Position numbers and translations under genes: made by a program. A stretch of DNA of 32,000 nt from positions 652,876 through 684,875 of the forward strand of contig NZ_LT828648.1 in the NCBI RefSeq assembly GCF_900169565.1, written 5' to 3'. Below, piece by piece: positions 25,504 to 32,000 of the stretch. Source of the stretch: Nitrospira japonica (GTDB lineage Bacteria > Nitrospirota > Nitrospiria > Nitrospirales > Nitrospiraceae). The notes below the pieces were generated by a model. That model was not told where the DNA came from. It worked only from the letters and a program-made list of their open reading frames with translations, and ran no database searches. Position 1 is the stretch's first letter, and every line of letters starts with the position of its first letter.

Positions 25504-27303
25504 CTATTTCATCGCGACGGCCCGCACCTGAGCATAGACTGTTAAGCCCTGAAGGACCTTCACGATGCCATTTTGAAGCAAGGTTTCCATTCCTTCCCGC
25601 ATTGCCACACCGATCATCTCACTCGCAGGAGCCTTGGACTGAATGCGCTTCTTTAATTGATCAGATATTACAAGAAACTCATGGATCGCCACTCGCCCTT
25701 TGAACCCCGTTCGATTGCAGGTTTGACAACCATGACCACGATGAAGGAGTGCGCGGCTCAGATCATCGACTTCAAACTCAGGCAGCAAGCGACCTCCGTA
25801 GCCCTGCACCAACTCATCCCATTCATGACGAGATGGACGATACGCTTCCCTGCAGTCAGGGCAAATCTTTTTGCAGAGTCGTTGCGCGAGAATGCCCAGA
25901 ATGGAATCCGCAAAATTGAACGAATCGCAACCGAGATCAAGAAGCCTGACAACGGTTTCCACAGCACTATTCGTATGGAGCGTGCTGAACACCAGGTGAC
26001 CGGTTAACGAAGCCTCAATTGCAATATCGGCGGTCTCTTTGTCACGCATTTCTCCTATCATGATGACGTCCGGGTCGGCTCGCAGAAATGCGCGCATGGC
26101 TGTCGAAAACGTGAGGCCGATCTTCTGATGTACTTGGACCTGCCTAAGCCCATCTTGCGTAATTTCGATCGGATCCTCTGCTGTCCAGATTTTTCGCTCA
26201 TCGGTGTTAATATGCCTCAACAAGGCATGTAGCGTGGTCGTTTTTCCTGATCCCGTAGGCCCCACGCACAGGAGAAGGCCATGAGGTTTTTCAGAGAGGC
26301 CTTTGATCGCTTCAAGTGTTGCGCTTGAAAACTCCATCGCATTCAGTGATATCGGCTCTTTCGCGGTCAGCAAACGGAGTACGACGTCCTCATCTCCTCC
26401 TGCCGTCGGAAGGGTCGCAACCCGCAGTTCGATATTACGGCTCGTCGACAACTTGAACGCAATTTTTCCGTCCTGCGGCTTCCGCCGTTCAGCAATATCC
26501 AGATTCGCCATGATCTTCAGTCTCGATACGATAGCGCGCCGGTACGCAGCCGGAATTTTCATGTGTGTAAAACACGATCCATCAACTCGGTAGCGAACGG
26601 CCGTATCTTTTCGATCTGCATAGGGCTCGATGTGAAGATCAGACGCGCCCAACCGATCCGCTTCTAGGATCATATGATTGGCCAGCCGTACTATCGCCGA
26701 ATCATTTTCGTCAACTATGACGGCAGGAGGCTCAAACGGCTGGACGACCGGGATGTCTTGGACCAGCTCACTAAGAATCTCTCCGAGTAGCGTGTTCTTT
26801 GCAGGTCTCGCAACTGCAGCTAGGAACTGTTCAACATCCCGCCTCAGGCCGACACTGTAGCGAATCGAGGCGCCTGAGAATGCTCTTTTAACATCCCAAT
26901 GTCTTTCGGGATCATTAGGATCCGTGGTGAGAACGTCGACGAGCGTGCCATGTCGTGCAATTGGCAGCCACAGATTTCTCCTCAGGTAGTCTATATTCAG
27001 CGTCTTGAATAACTCGGTATCGATGATCGTCCGCTCATCATAAGGCAGGTAGGGACACTGATAAAATTCGCTGAGCGCGATTCCCACGGCTTCCTTTGAC
27101 ACGCGATACTGATCGAGGAGAATCCCCTCCAGATCTTCGCCTCCCTTGGCCTGGTCTATCGCCGCTTCGACGTCCATCGGGGCAATGCACCCGCGAAGCG
27201 CCAACGCGTCCAGCACATTCTGCTCAATCGAATACCGATTTCGAGGCGCAACTTTCGTTACCGGTTGAGGGATATGCCCCGAGTGATCTTTGTCGTCTTC
27301 CAT
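25504..27303 (-). CDS. pilB: Type IV pilus/type II secretion assembly ATPase PilB/GspE
   Basis: GPTGSGKTTTLHALL Walker A, VIMIGEMRDKETADIAIEASLTGHLVFSTLHTN, zinc motif CKKICPDC...HGCQTCNRTGFKGRVAIHE; N-terminal region resembling MshEN. Confidence 0.95.
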   Translation of the reverse strand: MEDDKDHSGHIPQPVTKVAPRNRYSIEQNVLDALALRGCIAPMDVEAAIDQAKGGEDLEGILLDQYRVSKEAVGIALSEFYQCPYLPYDERTIIDTELFKTLNIDYLRRNLWLPIARHGTLVDVLTTDPNDPERHWDVKRAFSGASIRYSVGLRRDVEQFLAAVARPAKNTLLGEILSELVQDIPVVQPFEPPAVIVDENDSAIVRLANHMILEADRLGASDLHIEPYADRKDTAVRYRVDGSCFTHMKIPAAYRRAIVSRLKIMANLDIAERRKPQDGKIAFKLSTSRNIELRVATLPTAGGDEDVVLRLLTAKEPISLNAMEFSSATLEAIKGLSEKPHGLLLCVGPTGSGKTTTLHALLRHINTDERKIWTAEDPIEITQDGLRQVQVHQKIGLTFSTAMRAFLRADPDVIMIGEMRDKETADIAIEASLTGHLVFSTLHTNSAVETVVRLLDLGCDSFNFADSILGILAQRLCKKICPDCREAYRPSRHEWDELVQGYGGRLLPEFEVDDLSRALLHRGHGCQTCNRTGFKGRVAIHEFLVISDQLKKRIQSKAPASEMIGVAMREGMETLLQNGIVKVLQGLTVYAQVRAVAMK

Positions 27304-27361
27304 TCATCGCCCTAGAGTCCCATGCCTCATTGGATCGCCAGTGATTTGCTCCCGCTTGTAT

Positions 27362-28834
27362 TTACAAAACCCGCCAGGTCCCCGGCGCCTTGTACACGAC
27401 AGGCACACCTCGAAAAAGTCCCTGTGCCAAGTCAGCGTCATACCAGATCTCCAGCGTCGCTCCTCGGTTCACACTCATGACAGTTCCTCCAGCCTTCACC
27501 GCACCAAAAAGTTTTGTCGGTTGCTCTACAGTAACTGTTCCACCCACCCACAGAAGACCACGGAAATGGATTCCAGACAGGTTCACAGGTATTCTCGTCC
27601 CCAGAACTCTTGTTCCATTCTGGCCGGGACTCAAGACTGGAAATGATCGACCCCCGCCTTGCGGTTTTAGGACTACATGACCCTGTACGATCAGCACGGA
27701 CTCAAGATATTCCGAATCCAACACCAGCGTCCCCATATTCGCGTCGCGTGGTGGTTCGCCATCCATGGTATCGACGAATACCAACCCACGATGATTTCCG
27801 ACTGTCTGTGAGGTCAATAAGTCGGAAGGGGAAAAACCCTGTTCCCCTTCCGATGCATCCTGATGATGAAGTAATCCTTGTCGATCGAGACGATAGTAGA
27901 CTCCATGGCGAAGAGCCGTCTTCTTCATTGCCTCATAGTCCCAATGGTCCAATCGAACACCTGGAGAAGGAGACTGTTGAAGATGAACGTTCTGTGACGG
28001 AACTGGATGTACGCTCTGACCAGGTGGCGGGAGCATCACGGTCAAGTCACCGCCGATCCAGTATTCAGTCCAACGATCGATCGCCTGCTTGAGCGAGTCA
28101 TAGGGTTGCTCGGTTACCGGTGCATCGCTGGTCTTCATAGCGACGTCTTCCATTCTTTTTACAACCAGGCTTCCTGCAATGCGTTGATCACCCCAATGAA
28201 CCCGTACTGGGGACTCTCCGTCCGCCTGAGCAGTACCGAGTCCACCGCTGACCTGTATCGCCGACCGTATCGGAGGAATCGACAGGGCGCCAAGCTGAAC
28301 CTGAACCGTTCTTGCCAGTGGCCGTCCTCCAATAGTCGAGGCTGTTACCTCCATTGTGGCCAGTAATCCGGGTCGAAGCGGACCGTATAATTTGAATCGA
28401 GTGAGACGCCCAATGTCACGTAAGGCACCTACAAACCCGCTGGGCGGCCCGTTTAGTATGTTATTGTCTCCAGCGTTCCCGGCATCGAGCAGGACATCTG
28501 GATGGTCGGCCGTTCCCGCAAATTGAGAATGGAGCGCAGCGTCAAAGAAAGAGGGACCGGTCATCGGATCCCCTTGACGTCGTATCAATACCTCCCTTAA
28601 TGCAGCGGGTGTGGTGCTCGAGTCATGAAACCAGGTCATAATCAGATCCGTTGCGGAGTCGGCAAGTTGTTCCGCGACCGTTTCTTCCCTCATAGCGGCA
28701 ATTCCAGGTCTGTCTTGACCGGCCAGATACAGTGATGTCATGCCAAGCACGGAGAGAATCAACATCAGCATGAGCGTAGCCAAGAGTACATGGCCACGGG
28801 ATTCCAAAGATTGCACTGACACTCGATAACGCAT
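27362..28834 (-). CDS. Large PilX-like protein (490 aa, cassette 1)
   Basis: SRG|HVLLATLMLMLILSVLGMTSLYLAGQDRPGIAAMREETVAEQLADSATDL N-terminus; long beta-rich C-terminus GTLVLDSEYLESVLIVQGHVVL...GIHFRGLLWVGGTVTVEQPTKLFGAVKAGGTV. Confidence 0.7.
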   Translation of the reverse strand: MRYRVSVQSLESRGHVLLATLMLMLILSVLGMTSLYLAGQDRPGIAAMREETVAEQLADSATDLIMTWFHDSSTTPAALREVLIRRQGDPMTGPSFFDAALHSQFAGTADHPDVLLDAGNAGDNNILNGPPSGFVGALRDIGRLTRFKLYGPLRPGLLATMEVTASTIGGRPLARTVQVQLGALSIPPIRSAIQVSGGLGTAQADGESPVRVHWGDQRIAGSLVVKRMEDVAMKTSDAPVTEQPYDSLKQAIDRWTEYWIGGDLTVMLPPPGQSVHPVPSQNVHLQQSPSPGVRLDHWDYEAMKKTALRHGVYYRLDRQGLLHHQDASEGEQGFSPSDLLTSQTVGNHRGLVFVDTMDGEPPRDANMGTLVLDSEYLESVLIVQGHVVLKPQGGGRSFPVLSPGQNGTRVLGTRIPVNLSGIHFRGLLWVGGTVTVEQPTKLFGAVKAGGTVMSVNRGATLEIWYDADLAQGLFRGVPVVYKAPGTWRVL

Positions 28835-28864
28835 TGATCACCTCACCGCCTGCGACAGCTGAAG

Positions 28865-29605
28865 TCATGATTTCAAACTGATTCCTCGCACAGCTCTAGT
28901 CCCCATCCCCCGCAGAATCACATCAACGACGACTCGCTTGAGACGTCCGGGTTGGTTTACCGTCCGTCCATCTTCGTCCCAATATGAAAACTTGGCCGCC
29001 TGAACGTCTGCGAACAGCACGCTGGCGCCCCCATCAACCATCCGGAGCAGCCTCTTATTGCCTTGATCATCCTGCTTGCTGTAATAGCGAACACGGTTGC
29101 GGATCGACACGGAGGCACCGGTTGGAATCGAGATTGCGATTGGCTGCGTGAGTGTCAGCAGTGTTCGTTGTCCATCTCGCGAGAGCGTCATCACTTCATT
29201 GTGATCATTCCAGCTGACGACAATCGTCTTCCGCTCTGCCCATCCCCTTCCATCATCGACGCGCAGTGAAGTTGCGCCTGATGCCACAGGAGCAGTCACC
29301 GTGGTGACCAATCCATTGACATTGGCCCCAAACTCAATCTCATCCGGTCCCATGACTGACACGGAGTCTGCCTCGGCTTGGTGAATCTCCTGTTCGAGCA
29401 CCTCAAGACCAAGACGCAGATCCTGCTGCCGCGAGAGTGCGGCCTGTTGCAGCGCAAACTGTCGCTGGAAGAAGGACAAGGTCTGCCAGGCTGCTGACAA
29501 AATGATGAATCCGGCGGCCGTCGCCATCAGCAATTCCATGAGCGTTGTCCCGCATTCTCCTTTCTTGGAGTGCAGGACGCGAAGAGGTGGCCGCGCCGGC
29601 AACAT
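28865..29605 (-). CDS. PilW-like minor pilin (cassette 1)
   Basis: KKGECG|TTLMELLMATAAGFIILSAAWQTLSFFQRQFALQQ; GLEVLEQEIHQAEAD. Confidence 0.78.
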   Translation of the reverse strand: MLPARPPLRVLHSKKGECGTTLMELLMATAAGFIILSAAWQTLSFFQRQFALQQAALSRQQDLRLGLEVLEQEIHQAEADSVSVMGPDEIEFGANVNGLVTTVTAPVASGATSLRVDDGRGWAERKTIVVSWNDHNEVMTLSRDGQRTLLTLTQPIAISIPTGASVSIRNRVRYYSKQDDQGNKRLLRMVDGGASVLFADVQAAKFSYWDEDGRTVNQPGRLKRVVVDVILRGMGTRAVRGISLKS

Positions 29606-29621
29606 GCATGGCCTCCCGAAG

Positions 29622-30110
29622 CTATTCGCCCACGTAGACAGGATTGGCTCTGATGGCGATCAGCTTGATTTCCCGATGCCCTTGGTTCGTCTCGTAGATC
29701 GCTCGGCTTTCGATCACAACGTAGCCCGCTCCCGACAAGCGTCCTGTTCGACTCGGTGTGACCGTCCACATGAGGGAGACGCCTTCCTTTTCTGCGGTTG
29801 CTGAGTAGACTCCATCCCCGCCCACCAGGTCGCCGTTCTGTCCGTCATCATGCATGACACTCTCGAACATGCCGTCATGATTGAGGTCGTCCATGAGAAT
29901 CCGCTCCCATCGTACCGAGCGCTTTGCTTCGATTCGGGCTTGGGCCATCGCTAAAGCCCGACTGGACATCGTCCCCAACGTAATGATTTTGTCGGCCACG
30001 TGGAAAGCTCCGATGGCTCCCATCAGCACCAACGGCAGGATCGCCATAGCAACCAAGACCTCCGTAAAGCTCGATCCGGCGCAATCGTTCGTACTTGGTC
30101 GCTTCGTCAC
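29622..30110 (-). CDS. PilV-like minor pilin (cassette 1)
   Basis: DCAG|SSFTEVLVAMAILPLVLMGAIGAFHVADKIITLGTMSSRALAMAQARIEA; GTG start overlaps preceding stop by GTGA. Confidence 0.77.
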   Translation of the reverse strand: MTKRPSTNDCAGSSFTEVLVAMAILPLVLMGAIGAFHVADKIITLGTMSSRALAMAQARIEAKRSVRWERILMDDLNHDGMFESVMHDDGQNGDLVGGDGVYSATAEKEGVSLMWTVTPSRTGRLSGAGYVVIESRAIYETNQGHREIKLIAIRANPVYVGE

Positions 30111-30568
30111 GAGAGGGACACGCGTCCGGTAATGCTCACCGTCAACGTGATTCGTCTTCCCATGTGATCAACTATGGCAATGGTCGTTGCGGTAGCCGAT
30201 CGCCCGCTCGGATAGAACAGGACGTTCGGTCCAGCGCTTGGCACATCCAGCATGACTCCCTTATCGGCATACTGATACTCATCAAGCACATCTCCCGAAT
30301 CCGCGCGCATGAAGGTAAGAGCTCGGCGAGCTTGATCGAACTGCACAAGCAATCGCTCCCGCCTGGACATTGCCAATTGTCTGGTCAGACGAAGCCCTGA
30401 TGCGATCTCAGCGGCCACGGACCTGGCTTGTGCTCTTGCAATCGCCGCCTTGTAGCTTGGTCCCGCCAGTGCCGCCACGAGCGCGAGGATCACCATGACC
30501 ATCAATACTTCAGTCAGGCTTGCTCCGCGTTCTTGCGCATTCGGTCTTAGGACATGTACAGACGGCAT
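30107..30568 (-). CDS. FimT/GspH-like minor pilin (cassette 1)
   Basis: QERG|ASLTEVLMVMVILALVAALAGPSYKAAIARAQARSVAAEIASGLRLTRQLAMSRRERLLVQFD. Confidence 0.83.
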   Translation of the reverse strand: MPSVHVLRPNAQERGASLTEVLMVMVILALVAALAGPSYKAAIARAQARSVAAEIASGLRLTRQLAMSRRERLLVQFDQARRALTFMRADSGDVLDEYQYADKGVMLDVPSAGPNVLFYPSGRSATATTIAIVDHMGRRITLTVSITGRVSLS

Positions 30569-30781
30569 GATCGTGTCGACTCCGATAAGAAGTCGGAATC
30601 TCCAAGACTCATGCCGTCCTGAAACAGGCAGATTCCCGCGGCTCTGTCCACAGGAAGAGGCCAGGAAGCGCTATCACTTCCCCGCGCGTCGGATCGTTCT
30701 TGAGGATTAAAGAAACGCCGTCATCTGTAATCTGATCGGATACAACGGACCTTCAGTTCAGATACAGACGAGTGAAGAGGC

Positions 30782-31558
30782 TTAGGAAGGACCGAGCAGA
30801 CCCTGGTACCAATCTAAAATGGGTTGAGCAAAAAACATCGCGACGAGTGCTCCAAACGCAAGAAACGGTCCGAACGGGATATACTCATCCCGCTTGATCA
30901 GATGAAAGCTGATGAGAGACAGACCGATCAGGGATCCGGTCAAAGAACCAATCATGATGGTTAAGAGAGCCGGCTTCCACCCTAAAAAGGCTCCTATCAT
31001 GGCCAACAACTTAATATCTCCCCCGCCCATGCCTTCCTTGCCAAAGAGATAAGGGCTGATCCATGCCAGAACCCAAAGAATACCCCCTCCGATAATAATT
31101 CCCAGAAGGGCGTTTACCCATCCTACCGGCAAGACGGTAACGGCTCCCAGTAACCCAACCACAACCCCCGGCAATGTAATGGCATCCGGAATAATCTGGT
31201 GTGAGAGGTCGGTACCGACTACCACCAGCAAGGCGGAGAACAATATTCCATAGAGAACGGCCGGCCATCCGGGACCGAAAAACCAGAGAATCCCCACATA
31301 CCCAATCGCGTTTGCCGCTTCCACCAGGGGATACCGCGGGGGAATCTCGCCGTGACAGGCTCGGCATCGTCCTCCCAAGTAGAGATAACTCAATACGGGA
31401 ATATTGTCATAGGATCGGATCGGAGTTCCGCATGCCGGACAATGCGAGCCAGGCCAAACAATGGACTCGCCACGAGGGAGTCGAAAAATACACACATTCA
31501 AAAAACTCCCAACCAAACAGCCCAGCACAGCCACTACGACATACAGATAGACATCCAT
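30782..31558 (-). CDS. pilD: Prepilin peptidase PilD/GspO
   Basis: VGSFLNVCIFRLPRGESIVWPGSHCPACGTPI...GGRCRACHGEIPPRYPLVE; GTDLSHQIIPD; GMGGGDIKLLAMIGAFLG aspartyl protease motifs. Confidence 0.96.
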   Translation of the reverse strand: MDVYLYVVVAVLGCLVGSFLNVCIFRLPRGESIVWPGSHCPACGTPIRSYDNIPVLSYLYLGGRCRACHGEIPPRYPLVEAANAIGYVGILWFFGPGWPAVLYGILFSALLVVVGTDLSHQIIPDAITLPGVVVGLLGAVTVLPVGWVNALLGIIIGGGILWVLAWISPYLFGKEGMGGGDIKLLAMIGAFLGWKPALLTIMIGSLTGSLIGLSLISFHLIKRDEYIPFGPFLAFGALVAMFFAQPILDWYQGLLGPS

Positions 31559-31742
31559 GAGCCGCCCCTAGAATCTCGCGCCAGAGTTACGTAGTCGCAC
31601 TAGGGCCATAGAGCTTCGATTTACAGGGACCAAACTGACCTCCTATAATTTCCCCATTGGGCACTAGGGTTTGTTCTCCGGTGTTTTCACGTGCAGTGAA
31701 ATTATAACGGAATTCCCTTTCATTCAAAGGAGAACGGCAAAC

Positions 31743-32000
31743 ATGACACGAGCGAGCAAGGCCAAACCCAGATCGCCCCTCATCGACTTGACTCCGCCCC
31801 CACGGAAAAAACGCCCGGAATCCTTGACCAGCCGGGAGCAAGAGATCCTCGAGTTGATCTGGGCTGGATTCAAAAACAAGGAGATCGGTCAACGGCTCAA
31901 GATCAGCGTCAAAACCGTCGAGGCGCATCGCGCCAATATGATGAAAAAGCTGCGAGTTTCCAATACAGCCCAGCTGTTGAAAACTTCGATCCAGGGCGGA
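31743..32000 (+). CDS. LuxR-family HTH transcriptional regulator (runs off right edge)
   Basis: Manual translation: MTRASKAKPRSPLIDLTPPPRKKRPESLTSREQEILELIWAGFKNKEIGQRLKISVKTVEAHRANMMKKLRVSNTAQLLKTSIQGG; AAAGGAGAAC ribosome binding site; not in supplied track. Confidence 0.88.
   Translation, partial: MTRASKAKPRSPLIDLTPPPRKKRPESLTSREQEILELIWAGFKNKEIGQRLKISVKTVEAHRANMMKKLRVSNTAQLLKTSIQGG

Noticed and set aside
30569-30781. Possible small gene between pilD and the cassette 1 FimT-like gene
   Set aside because: A minus frame (VSDQITDDGVSLILKNDPTRGEVIALPGLFLWTEPRESACFRTA) is open but has no convincing start codon or known motif.
1-32000. CRISPR arrays, tRNA/rRNA genes, transposases or prophage genes
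   Set aside because: No regular repeat-spacer pattern, no recognisable structural RNA and no transposase/integrase motif seen; a tool-based scan (tRNAscan-SE, Infernal, ISfinder) would be needed to be certain.

Overview
Chromosomal window with a gene content that looks like Nitrospira (taxonomy is inference only). Almost all genes are on the minus strand. From left to right it contains: (1) the 5' part of an outer-membrane alginate-export-like porin that runs off the left edge and is missing from the supplied ORF track; (2) two TatA/B-family genes; (3) a MidA-like SAM methyltransferase; (4) a secreted conserved hypothetical; (5) a probable lipid A/glycolipid modification cassette (GT2, stand-alone LAB_N, ArnT-like GT39, convergent PAP2 phosphatase); (6) a minus-strand block phoH-ybeY-ftsY, double-receiver response regulator, M1-like metallopeptidase, TolB-like beta-propeller; (7) a large type IV pilus/pseudopilus region with two parallel minor-pilin cassettes, each in the order FimT/GspH - PilV - PilW - PilX. 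The first cassette follows a prepilin peptidase and ends in a PilB/GspE ATPase. The second has a close match to a sigma54 promoter upstream and ends in PilY1 plus an Ig-like-repeat lipoprotein. A LuxR-type HTH gene is divergent from the prepilin peptidase at the right edge. The most interesting material is the twin minor-pilin arrangement, the very large PilX-like protein in the PilB-linked set, the sigma54 site, and an M1-like peptidase with HExxH-x17-E instead of the canonical x18. No CRISPR array, tRNA, rRNA or intact mobile element was recognised.
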